In this document: piece after piece, positions 8,694-18,460 of the stretch
Layout of the letters: every line of letters begins with the position of its first letter
How positions within the stretch are numbered: the first letter of the stretch is position 1
Assembly (NCBI GenBank): GCA_963713045.1
Contig: CAVQKE010000006.1
Span: 96,001-160,000 of the forward strand
DNA from: an uncultured delta proteobacterium
GTDB taxonomy: Bacteria; Myxococcota; Myxococcia; Myxococcales; Myxococcaceae
DNA length: 64,000 nt
Direction: 5' to 3'
Translations under genes and position numbers: made by a program
Notes under the pieces: model-generated
What the model saw: only the letters and a program-made list of their open reading frames with translations
The model's database searches: none
What the model was told of the DNA's origin: nothing

Positions 8694-10408
8694 GGCAGGG
8701 CGAGCTTCCAGCGCTTCTTGAGACGGCGCTGGCCCTGCCGGCGCTGGCGGCCCAGGGCCCGGCCCTGCGCCTTCTGGCGGCGGATGCGGCGCGGATGGGG
8801 GAACTCGGCTCCCGCCCGCTGCGGGTGGCCTTGGTGGGCAGCACCGGAGCCGGCAAGTCCACCGTCCTCAACGCGCTGGTGGGCGCCCCGCTGGCGCCCG
8901 AAGGCACCAGCCGGCCCACCAGCCTCGAAGCAGTGGCCTACGCCCCGGAAGGCGCGCCACTCGGAGGGCTGCAGCTGGCCGTCGGCCGCGTGGTGCGCTA
9001 CGCCCCGCGCGCTGATGGGCCGTGGACCGGGCAAGTCCTGGTGGACACGCCCGACTTGAATAGCGTCGCCCTGGAGAACCGGGACAGGGCGCTGGCAGTG
9101 CTGGCCGAGTGCGACGTGGCGGTGCTGGTGCTGCACCGAGGCTCCGTGGCCGAGGCCAGGCCCCTGGAGGCCCTGCGCCCCTTCGCCCGGCGCCGCGCCC
9201 TGGTGTTGGTGCTGAACCACGCCGATGAGTTGGGCGCCCAGGCGCGCGCCACCCTCAGCGCCCAGGCCGGCCGGCTGGCCGTGGCGGAACTGGGGGCCGC
9301 GGTCGCACCGGCCGTCTTCGTCCTCAGCGCTGCACGGGCCCGGGCCGGCGTGGTGAGCGAGGACTGGGCGCCCTTCGTCGCTTCGCTTCGGCACTTTTCC
9401 GAGGAGGCAGTGGCCACCCAGGTGCGCGGCCGCAACCGCGCTGGCGTGGAGAGGGAGTTGTCCCAGCGCGTCTCGGCCGCCCTGCAGACCACCCGGGCCC
9501 TGGAGGCTTCGGTGCACGCAGCGCTGGAGGAAGGGCTGGCCGGCGGGCGGCAGACACTGGTGGAGGACTTTCAAGCGCGGCTTCAAGCCGCTTCGGTGCA
9601 GCTGCGCGCGGCGGTGCGGGGCGCCGCTGCCGCCCGTCTGTCCGGACCGGCCGCCTGGGGTCTGCGCCTCTCCGCCTGGGGCGGCGGTGGGGTGACGGCC
9701 GGGGCCCTGCTGGCGCGGGCCAGCCTACCGGCCGGCCTGCTGGTGGCCGCCGGGGGCGCCCTTTTGGACGAAGTCCAGTCCGCCACCCGGACCCGCGCCA
9801 CGCGCGCGCGCATGTCGGGCGGGGAAGACCCCCTTCTGGAGGCGCAGGCGCGCGCTGCCCTCACCCCCGCCCGCACCGCGGCCCAACGGCGCGGCATTCA
9901 GCCCAGCGTGCTGGGACTGCCCGAGCCTGAGGCCTGGGCGGCGCAACTGCAGCGCGCCCGGGCCGCCGCCTGGCGGGACGTGGAGGGCTTGGGGGTGCAG
10001 GACGCGGTGGGGCGCTGGTGGCGCTGGGCGAGGCTGTTGCTGTTTCCCTTGGTGCAGCTGCCATTGTTGGTGCTTTTGGGGGACGTCGCCTACCGCACGG
10101 TGCGGGCCTACCTGTTTGGGCCGCTGTTGGACGGGCGCTTCTACCTGAATGCCGCGGCGCTGGGCCTGGTGTGGACCGCCGCCGGCACCCTGTTGGCGAG
10201 CCTCTCGCTGGGGGGCGTCGCGGCCAGGGTGCGGCGGGCCGGCGCGCGGCGCTTCGCCGAGGGGGTGGCGGCGGCCGAAACCGCGCTGCGGGCGGAAGTG
10301 AAGGGCGCGCTGGCCGTCCCTTTGGCCGCCGCCGAAGCGCTGCTGGCCGACGGCGCCCTGGACGCGGCGGTCAGCGGGGTGGCCGAAGGCGCAACAGCCG
10401 CGCAGTAA
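8690..10408 (+). CDS. Dynamin-like/TRAFAC GTPase with C-terminal TM helices (B)
   Basis: GTGA overlap with upstream stop; G1 GSTGAGKS, G2 RPTS, G3 DTPD, G4 NHAD; two hydrophobic helices at C-terminus. Confidence 0.75.
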   Translation: MRQGELPALLETALALPALAAQGPALRLLAADAARMGELGSRPLRVALVGSTGAGKSTVLNALVGAPLAPEGTSRPTSLEAVAYAPEGAPLGGLQLAVGRVVRYAPRADGPWTGQVLVDTPDLNSVALENRDRALAVLAECDVAVLVLHRGSVAEARPLEALRPFARRRALVLVLNHADELGAQARATLSAQAGRLAVAELGAAVAPAVFVLSAARARAGVVSEDWAPFVASLRHFSEEAVATQVRGRNRAGVERELSQRVSAALQTTRALEASVHAALEEGLAGGRQTLVEDFQARLQAASVQLRAAVRGAAAARLSGPAAWGLRLSAWGGGGVTAGALLARASLPAGLLVAAGGALLDEVQSATRTRATRARMSGGEDPLLEAQARAALTPARTAAQRRGIQPSVLGLPEPEAWAAQLQRARAAAWRDVEGLGVQDAVGRWWRWARLLLFPLVQLPLLVLLGDVAYRTVRAYLFGPLLDGRFYLNAAALGLVWTAAGTLLASLSLGGVAARVRRAGARRFAEGVAAAETALRAEVKGALAVPLAAAEALLADGALDAAVSGVAEGATAAQ

Positions 10409-10640
10409 CCGCTTCGCTGCCTTGGTACAGCCGCTCGCCGTCCCACAGAGCCGGCGTCTGTTGCCCCCCGTGGTGGGCCAGCGCCCGCGCCGCCTCTGGG
10501 AAGATGACGTTGCGAAAATTCACCTGCGCTTTGAGGCCCTCCTCCATGACGAGTTGTCGCACCCGCGCCGACTCCAGTTCGGCCAGGCGGTGAAACAGTT
10601 CCAGCTCGCCGGCCGGACTGCCCTCTCGCGCTGCGGCCAT
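10371..10640 (-). CDS. Small glutaredoxin/GST N-terminal-like protein without Cys
   Basis: LELFH...SARVR...GGQQTPALWDGERLYQG resembles thioredoxin-fold GST-N; directly follows atpC. Confidence 0.6.
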   Translation of the reverse strand: MAAAREGSPAGELELFHRLAELESARVRQLVMEEGLKAQVNFRNVIFPEAARALAHHGGQQTPALWDGERLYQGSEAVTARLLRLRPPR

Positions 10641-10645
10641 CGGCC

Positions 10646-11053
10646 TCAGCCGCGCTGCCGGGCGGTGTACAGCCGCGCGCGCTCCCGCTGCACTGCTTCG
10701 GCGGCCGCCTCCAGGCCCGCGTCCCCCGCCGGCAGCGCGGCGTAGCGCTGCTCCGCCTCGCGCAGCCGCGCGCTGGCCCCCTCCACGTCCAGCGACGCCA
10801 GCGGCTCGGCTTCGTCGGCCAGCACGCGCACTGTGTCGTCCGCCACCTCGAAGAAGCCTCCGGCCACAAACCAGGCCTCGGTTTGTCCGCCGCTTCGCAC
10901 CGTCAGCGGACCGGCCGCCAAAATGCCGAGAAAGGCGCTGTGCCCAGGCAGCACGCCGTACAGGCCGTCGGCGGCGGGAGCCACCACCTCGTCCGCGGTC
11001 AGGGCGGCAATGCGGCGCTCGGGGGTGACCACTTCCACATTCAGCTTCGCCAT
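10646..11053 (-). CDS. atpC: ATP synthase F1 epsilon
   Basis: VEVVTPER...GVLPGH...VAGGFFEV...VLADEA. Confidence 0.95.
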   Translation of the reverse strand: MAKLNVEVVTPERRIAALTADEVVAPAADGLYGVLPGHSAFLGILAAGPLTVRSGGQTEAWFVAGGFFEVADDTVRVLADEAEPLASLDVEGASARLREAEQRYAALPAGDAGLEAAAEAVQRERARLYTARQRG

Positions 11054-11071
11054 CCGTCCAGTGTCCTTCCT

Positions 11072-11620
11072 CTAAAAGTCGAGCCGAAGCGTCTTCGGCT
11101 CCACCGTCTCGAATTCCACCTGGTTCGCGTCGGTAATGCGCGGCCGCGTCCCAGAAATCCCGGCCACGCCCTCCAGCCACAGGAAGTGGGTGCCGAGGTC
11201 TCGTAGCTTGTCAAAGCGTCGGGTCATCAACTCATGCAGGGTGCGCTCGGCCAGCACCCGGCCCTGCCTGTCGTAAAGGGTGGCCACCACGGCGCGGATG
11301 AAGGGCTGCCCGGGGGGCAATGGCTTGGGCTTGTTGCCATTGGCCTTCGGCTGGGGCGGCGTCCGCGGCAGCACCGTCAGCACCCAGAAGTGCTCGCCGT
11401 CGTTGCTGATGAAGAAGAGGTCGTCCAGCGTCCCGACGCACTGCTCGACACTCCACGCCGGGTCCGAGTCCCGGGTCGCCTCCACCCGGCACTTCTCCGG
11501 GGCCGTCTCCACCAGCTGGATGCTCCACACCCCGTTGGAGGAGGCATGGGCTGCGCTGGAACGTGCCTCCGCCGACGCCAGCGGCAGGGCGAGCAGCGGA
11601 GCCAGCAGACGAATGCCCAA
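11072..11620 (-). CDS. Hypothetical exported protein between atpD and atpC
   Basis: TTG start after GGGAGG; signal peptide (LPLASA|EA); two Cys; predicted beta-rich. Confidence 0.6.
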   Translation of the reverse strand: MGIRLLAPLLALPLASAEARSSAAHASSNGVWSIQLVETAPEKCRVEATRDSDPAWSVEQCVGTLDDLFFISNDGEHFWVLTVLPRTPPQPKANGNKPKPLPPGQPFIRAVVATLYDRQGRVLAERTLHELMTRRFDKLRDLGTHFLWLEGVAGISGTRPRITDANQVEFETVEPKTLRLDF

Positions 11621-11652
11621 GCGTTGAAACCCTCCCCGGGGGGCCGCGGCCC

Positions 11653-13098
<1,446 letters not shown>

Positions 13099-13119
13099 TC
13101 AGGCACTTTCTGCGGGTGG

Positions 13120-14019
13120 CTACTTCAGCGCCTCGGCCCCAGAGACAATCTCCATCAACTCCTTGGTGATTGCCGCCTGCCGAGTGCGGTTGTAGAGGAG
13201 GGACAGCCGGTCAATGGCATCCGAGGCGTTGTTGGTGGCGCTGTCCATGGCCGCCATCCGCGCGGCGTGCTCGGAGGCCACCGACTCCAAGAGGGCGCGC
13301 CAGATGCGTAAGCTCCAAACGTGCGGCAACAGCTGGTCCAGCACCCGCTCGGCGCTGGGCTCATATTCGAAGTCCGTCGAGCGCGCACCCGGCGCAGTCG
13401 GGTCCTGCGTCTCTGGAGCGACCCCCAGCGGGACGAGGCCCTCCAGGGGAAGAATGCGGATGAATTCCACGCGCTGGCTGATGGCGGAGACGAAGCTGTT
13501 GAAGCAGATGTACACCTCATCCACCCGGCCACTGAGAAATTCCTCGGAGATGTCCGAGGCCAGCTGCGCGGCTGCCTGGTACTTCATCCTGGACAACAGC
13601 CCCAGGTAGTCCTTGCGGATTTTCAACCCGCGCCGGCGGAAGAAGTCGAAGCCCTTGCGGCCCACGGTGGAGAGTTGCACCGCGTCGTTGGCCGGCCCCT
13701 TTTCATAAAGAAAGCGCGAGACCCGCCGCAGAACGTTGGAATTGAAGGCCCCGGCCAGGCCTCGGTCGGAGCTCAGCACCACGACTTCGACGCGCTTCGG
13801 CTGAGGGCGCGGGATGAGCAGTGGATGGGTGACGTCCCCGTGCCGAGACGCGACGTCCCGGAGCAAGCGCTCCAGCGCCGCGGAGTAGGGCCGGGTGGCC
13901 ATCAACGCCTCCTGCGCCCGCCGCAGCTTGGCCGCAGAAACCATCTTCATGGCCTTGGTAATTTGCTGCGTGCTCTTGAACGAGCGAACGCGCTTGCGGA
14001 TGTCGCGGAGGCTAGCCAT
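13120..14019 (-). CDS. atpG: ATP synthase F1 gamma
   Basis: ITKAMKMVSAAK...RQAAITKELMEIVSGAEAL. Confidence 0.98.
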   Translation of the reverse strand: MASLRDIRKRVRSFKSTQQITKAMKMVSAAKLRRAQEALMATRPYSAALERLLRDVASRHGDVTHPLLIPRPQPKRVEVVVLSSDRGLAGAFNSNVLRRVSRFLYEKGPANDAVQLSTVGRKGFDFFRRRGLKIRKDYLGLLSRMKYQAAAQLASDISEEFLSGRVDEVYICFNSFVSAISQRVEFIRILPLEGLVPLGVAPETQDPTAPGARSTDFEYEPSAERVLDQLLPHVWSLRIWRALLESVASEHAARMAAMDSATNNASDAIDRLSLLYNRTRQAAITKELMEIVSGAEALK

Positions 14020-14164
14020 CTGGAGGAAAAGGGAGTCCCCGGGCAGATGCCCCGCCCGGGGCGGCGCACCCTATGTCGCAGCCCGGTCCAAAAATCAACG
14101 TCGGTGATGCCCGGCACACTGCCGGATGCTGACCGGCGGGTTCCCCCCCGCCCGTCCCCTGGAC

Positions 14165-14794
14165 ATGCCCCGCCCCTTCCTGCGCCGCCTCAGCCTGTCT
14201 GCCCTGGCGGTGGCCGTCGGGGCGTGCCTGTTGCCTTCCGTCCTGATTGACATTGCCTATGCGCCGGAGATTTTCACCGTCGACAACGCCCCAACCGCTC
14301 CGGTGGGTGTTGTTTTCGGGGCGGGCCTCGCTCCCGGCGGAGAGCCCTCGCCGCTTCTGGCCGAGCGGCTGGAGGCCGCCCTGGCACTGTGGAATGCCGG
14401 CAAGGTGCAACGTCTGCTGCTCACCGGGAACGCCGGCGCGCACCACGATGAGATTCGGGCCATGCGGCACTACCTGGTGACGGCCGGCGTGCCCGAGCGC
14501 GCGCTGGTGGGCGACCTCGAGGGTACGTCCACCTTCGACAGCTGCTGGCGTGCCCGCAGCGTCTTTGGCGTGAAAGACGCCCTGCTCATCACCCAGCGCT
14601 TCCACCTGCCGCGGGCGCTCTTCCTCGCCGCCCACGCCGGCATGGCCGCCCGAGGCGTCGCCGCTGGCGGACGCCCGCGCTGGACGTCGCTCGCGGTGTG
14701 GCGGGAGCTTCTGGCGCGACCGCTCGCGGTGCTGGAAGTCTTGACACACGGGGCGCCCGAGCCTCCGCAGCAGACGAGCGGCCTACCGGGCTGA
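14165..14794 (+). CDS. SanA/ElyC/YdcF (DUF218) family envelope protein
   Basis: N-terminal TM, VVFGAG, RLEAALAL, LLLTG, STFDSC, TQRFHLPRA, RELLA. Confidence 0.85.
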   Translation: MPRPFLRRLSLSALAVAVGACLLPSVLIDIAYAPEIFTVDNAPTAPVGVVFGAGLAPGGEPSPLLAERLEAALALWNAGKVQRLLLTGNAGAHHDEIRAMRHYLVTAGVPERALVGDLEGTSTFDSCWRARSVFGVKDALLITQRFHLPRALFLAAHAGMAARGVAAGGRPRWTSLAVWRELLARPLAVLEVLTHGAPEPPQQTSGLPG

Positions 14795-14804
14795 GCGCTT
14801 CGCC

Positions 14805-14852
14805 AAAAAAAGACGCCCAAGGAAAGCGGCGGGCCGCTTCCTTGGGCGTCTT
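14805..14852 (-). terminator. Intrinsic terminator for small secreted peptide gene 1
   Basis: AAGACGCCCAAGGAA...TTCCTTGGGCGTCTT long stem, with A7 on the left (U-tract on the minus strand). Confidence 0.85.
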
Positions 14853-14871
14853 CCCGCGAAAAGAGCGGGGC

Positions 14872-15093
14872 TTACTTCGCCGGGGCAGCGTCCGCCGGCT
14901 TGTCCGCTGCGGGCTTCGCCGAAGTCGTCGACTTCTTCGTCGAGGAGGAGGAGGACTTGTGGGTGGTGGTGGTGCTGCTGCTCTTCTTGGCGGGAGCTGC
15001 CGCCGCCTTCTCGGTGGTGGCCGGCTTGGCAGCGTCCTGCGCAAAGGCGGCAAACGAGGTGGCAAGAACGAGCGCGGTGAACAGATTCTTCAT
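14872..15093 (-). CDS. Small secreted Ala/Lys/Ser/Thr-rich peptide 1 (73 aa, Asr-like composition)
   Basis: AAGGAG SD; MKNLFTALVLATSFAAFA|QDAAKP... signal peptide plus low-complexity basic mature part. Confidence 0.8.
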   Translation of the reverse strand: MKNLFTALVLATSFAAFAQDAAKPATTEKAAAAPAKKSSSTTTTHKSSSSSTKKSTTSAKPAADKPADAAPAK

Positions 15094-15156
15094 GAATTGA
15101 AACTCCTTCAGGTTTCGGTTGTGCGGGGCGAAGTCGCCCCGTCGACGGGAAAGCCG

Positions 15157-15172
15157 AGCACGCGCCGTGCCA
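15157..15172 (-). promoter_or_regulatory. sigma54 -24/-12 promoter for peptide gene 1
   Basis: Minus strand TGGCACGGCGCGTGCT (GG-N10-GC). Confidence 0.75.
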
Positions 15173-15208
15173 AAGAAAAGAGGCGCCTGCCCGCTTGGCA
15201 GACGCCCC
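15172..15208 (-). terminator. Intrinsic terminator for peptide gene 2
   Basis: Minus strand GGCGTCTGCC-AAGCG-GGCAGGCGCC followed by TCTTTTCTTT. Confidence 0.7.
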
Positions 15209-15234
15209 CTCATGACGTCAGGCGTTAACGAAAA

Positions 15235-15447
15235 TTACTTGCTGGCGGGCGCAGCGGCGGGAGCCGGCGCGTTCTTGGCCGCCGGCTTGGCGGCCGGGGC
15301 AGTGGTCGTCTTCTTGGTGTCTGTGGACTTCTTCGCCGCGGGAGCTGCCGTCTTGTCGGCCGGAGCAGTCTTGGCCGCCGGCTTGGCGTCGTCGGCAAAT
15401 GCCGCCAACGAAGTCGCAAGCACCAGCGCGGTCATGAGGTTCTTCAT
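15235..15447 (-). CDS. Small secreted Ala/Lys-rich peptide 2 (70 aa), paralog of peptide 1
   Basis: MKNLMTALVLATSLAAFA|DDAKPAAK...; signal peptide 16/18 identical to peptide 1. Confidence 0.8.
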   Translation of the reverse strand: MKNLMTALVLATSLAAFADDAKPAAKTAPADKTAAPAAKKSTDTKKTTTAPAAKPAAKNAPAPAAAPASK

Positions 15448-15505
15448 GGGGTTTCTCTCTTGGGTTGGCGGCGGGCACCATGCACGCCGGGCAAAAGGGG
15501 GGTTC

Positions 15506-15521
15506 AGCAGCTTCCGTGCCA
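15506..15521 (-). promoter_or_regulatory. sigma54 -24/-12 promoter for peptide gene 2
   Basis: Minus strand TGGCACGGAAGCTGCT (GG-N10-GC). Confidence 0.75.
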
Positions 15522-15550
15522 AGGAATGACGCCCCGTGGCAGACGTTGGT

Positions 15551-15599
15551 TGGGGAAGCCCTCCTCAGCCGGACATGCCGGTTGTGGAGAAACTCCCCA
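15551..15599. promoter_or_regulatory. Two 17-bp imperfect palindromes, candidate enhancer (EBP-binding) sites
   Basis: TGGGGA-N5-TCCTCA (15551-15567) and TGTGGA-N5-TCCCCA (15583-15599), 32 bp apart. Confidence 0.55.
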
Positions 15600-15658
15600 G
15601 CCAGCAAATACAACCTGACTGGAAGGATGGCCTGCTGGCCCTCTTTGCCTATGTCAGG

Positions 15659-17098
15659 ATGATGCCGCCTTTGACGACTTCCACGTTTCACTCGTCGTTT
15701 CGCCGCTACCGCGCCGCGTTCGTCTTCGTCGTCGGACTGCTGACGCTGGTCGCCGGATTCACGCTGTGGAATGAGCTGCACACCAACGTCCGCATCGACG
15801 AGCTGTTTGAGCAGGCCCTGGAGCGGGAGCAGCTCATCGGCCGCATCCGCGCCGACGCGCTCGACTTGCAGGACCAAGTCAACAAGCACATCGAAGCCTC
15901 CTCGGACGAGCTGCGCCAGGAGGCGGACGCCCGGATGGAGGAAGTGCTCGCCGACGCCAAAGAAGCCCGCTTGGAGTACACGCGGGACCTTCCGGTGGGC
16001 GAGAAGGAAGTTTGGAATCGTTTCGACGAAACCGCGCGCCAGTTGGCGCAGTCGGCCCGGGTGGCCCTCAAGTTCAGCAGCGCCAAGGAACTGGAACGCG
16101 CACGCCAGCACCTCGAGGCCGAACTGCGCCCCATCAGCGCGCAGCTGCAGAACGTCGCCGCCGAGCTCTCGGTCAAGAATGGCGAGGAAACCCGCCGACT
16201 GCTGCACCAGCGGGAGAACTTGCGAACCAAGACCACGCTGATTGGGACGCTGGTGGCCGCCGCCTCCATCATCATGGCGCTGCTGGTGGGGACCAGCATG
16301 GTGAGGATTCTTCGGCGGCAGGAACGCACCATCGAGGCCCAGCTTGAAGAGCTGGACCGCCGCAACCAGGAGCTCGACGCATTCGCCAGCCGCGTGGCCC
16401 ATGACCTGGTCGGGCCCCTCAACCCGCTGAAGGGCTACCTCACCCTGATTGCCCGCTCCCCGGCCGTCTCGGACCCCGATGTGCGCGAGATGCTGGCCGA
16501 AGCGGTGGCCTCGGCGACGCGGATGGCGGAGCTGGTGGAGGGCCTGCTTCGTTTCTGTCGAGCCGGCACGCGGAGCGAGGCCCCGGGCGCGGAGATGGAC
16601 ACCGCCGTCACCACCATCCTCCTGGAACTCGACCAGGTGGCGGCGCTCCAGGACGTGCGGGTCGACCGCAGGCTTCAGCCCCACGTCCGGGCGGAAGTGC
16701 CGGCGGCCCTGCTGCAGTCCATCGCCCGCAACCTCATCTCCAATGCAGTGAAGTACTCCGCCGGCGGGCGGAGCGCACGGGTGGCAGTGCGGGTGTTTGC
16801 CGAAGGAGCCTGGGCGGTACTCGAAGTCACCGACAACGGCCCGGGGATGAATGAGGCCACCCGGCAGCGCCTCTTTCAGCCCTTTTTTCGCGCCCCCGAA
16901 GCGCGCGGCCTTCCCGGACATGGCCTCGGCCTGGCCACCACCAAGCGGCTGGTGGTGGCCCACGGCGGCACCATCAAAGTGCAATCCGCGGCTGGGGCCG
17001 GGACGGTGGTGACGGTGCGGCTGCCGCTTTCGCCGCCCGAAGTCCGCGCTCCTGGGCTGGCCCCGGTCCGCACGGCGGCACTGGTCGAGCCCAGATGA
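15659..17098 (+). CDS. Membrane sensor histidine kinase with periplasmic helical domain
   Basis: Two TM helices, H-box VAHDLVGPL, NLISNAVKY, DNGPG, GHGLGL. Confidence 0.92.
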   Translation: MMPPLTTSTFHSSFRRYRAAFVFVVGLLTLVAGFTLWNELHTNVRIDELFEQALEREQLIGRIRADALDLQDQVNKHIEASSDELRQEADARMEEVLADAKEARLEYTRDLPVGEKEVWNRFDETARQLAQSARVALKFSSAKELERARQHLEAELRPISAQLQNVAAELSVKNGEETRRLLHQRENLRTKTTLIGTLVAAASIIMALLVGTSMVRILRRQERTIEAQLEELDRRNQELDAFASRVAHDLVGPLNPLKGYLTLIARSPAVSDPDVREMLAEAVASATRMAELVEGLLRFCRAGTRSEAPGAEMDTAVTTILLELDQVAALQDVRVDRRLQPHVRAEVPAALLQSIARNLISNAVKYSAGGRSARVAVRVFAEGAWAVLEVTDNGPGMNEATRQRLFQPFFRAPEARGLPGHGLGLATTKRLVVAHGGTIKVQSAAGAGTVVTVRLPLSPPEVRAPGLAPVRTAALVEPR

Positions 17099-18441
17099 CC
17101 CCACGCATCCTCGTCGTCGACGACGACCCACACGCCCGGGCGCTTCTCCGGCGCCTGTTGGCCCCTCTGGGCGAAGTCAGCGAAGCGTCGGGCGTCGCCC
17201 AGGCGGAGGAGGTGCTGCGCGGCAGCGGCAAGGTGGACCTGGTGCTGACCGACATGGCCATGCCGGACGCCGCGGATGGGCTGCGGGTCCTCAAGGCCAC
17301 CCAGGACGCGAGCCCGGACACGGCGGTGGTGGTCATCACCGCCTTCAGCAACGTGGAAGGCGCGCTGGACGCCATCCAACAAGGCGCCTTCGACTACCTG
17401 TCCAAGCCCTTCGACGTCGATGCCATCGTCCGGGTGTCGCGGCGCGGTCTCGAACAAAAACGCCTGGTGGAGGAAAACCGCAATCTCCGCAGCCAGGTCA
17501 AGCAGCCCGAGCTGGTGGGACGCAGCGCCGGCCTCCTCGAAGTGTACAAACAAGTGGCCCGGGCCGCTTCCACCAACGTGCCGGTCCTCATCACCGGCGA
17601 GACCGGCACCGGCAAGGAACAAGTGGCCCGCTCCCTCCACCAGCGCTCGCTGCGCAGCGACGGGCCCTTTGTCCCGGTGGACTGCGGCGCCATCAACGAG
17701 TCCTTGATGGAGAGCGAATTGTTTGGCCACGCCAAGGGTGCCTTCACCGGGGCAGCCGGCTTCCGCCGCGGCCTCTTCGAGGAGGCCAACGGCGGCACCC
17801 TCTTCCTGGACGAAATTGGCGACGTCGGGCCGAAAATCCAAAGCCAACTGCTGCGCGCCTTGCAGGAGGGCACCATCCGCCGGGTGGGAGAAAGCATTGC
17901 GGTGCGGGTCGACGTCCGGGTGGTGGCCGCCACCAACAAGGAATTGCCTCAGCTGGTCAAGGAGGGACGCTTCCGGGAGGACCTCCTCTACCGCCTCGAC
18001 GTGGTGCACCTGCATCTGCCTCCCTTGCGCGAGCGGCGGGGGGACATCCCGGCCCTGGTGGAGCACTTCGCAGCGCTGCATGCCCGGGGCGGCGCGCGGC
18101 CGGTGGTGACGGAGGAGGCGAAGGCGCGGCTTCAGGCCTACGACTGGCCGGGCAACGTTCGTCAACTGGAAAACGTCGTCGCCCGGGCGCTGGCCCTCAA
18201 CGTCATCGGCGTGCTTGGGCCCCAGGATTTTCCGGCCCCCATCGGCGACGCCCAGGCCAAGGAAGGCGGTCTCTTCGAGGACATGCCCTCGCTGGCCGAG
18301 CTCAGCCGGCGCTATGCCGCCCATGTGCTGCACGCGGTGGGCGGCAACAAGAGCGAGGCGGCGCGGCTGCTGGAAGTGGACCGCAAGACGTTCTACAAAC
18401 TGCTCAACACCGAGGAAGCTTCCGAGGGGCCGGGCCAATAG
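17095..18441 (+). CDS. sigma54-dependent response regulator (NtrC family)
   Basis: REC (VVDDD, D-MAMP, KPF), GETGTGKE, GAFTGA, WPGNVRQL, Fis-type HTH; ATGA overlap with kinase. Confidence 0.95.
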   Translation: MTPRILVVDDDPHARALLRRLLAPLGEVSEASGVAQAEEVLRGSGKVDLVLTDMAMPDAADGLRVLKATQDASPDTAVVVITAFSNVEGALDAIQQGAFDYLSKPFDVDAIVRVSRRGLEQKRLVEENRNLRSQVKQPELVGRSAGLLEVYKQVARAASTNVPVLITGETGTGKEQVARSLHQRSLRSDGPFVPVDCGAINESLMESELFGHAKGAFTGAAGFRRGLFEEANGGTLFLDEIGDVGPKIQSQLLRALQEGTIRRVGESIAVRVDVRVVAATNKELPQLVKEGRFREDLLYRLDVVHLHLPPLRERRGDIPALVEHFAALHARGGARPVVTEEAKARLQAYDWPGNVRQLENVVARALALNVIGVLGPQDFPAPIGDAQAKEGGLFEDMPSLAELSRRYAAHVLHAVGGNKSEAARLLEVDRKTFYKLLNTEEASEGPGQ

Positions 18442-18460
18442 CCGCCGCCCGGCTTGGGCT

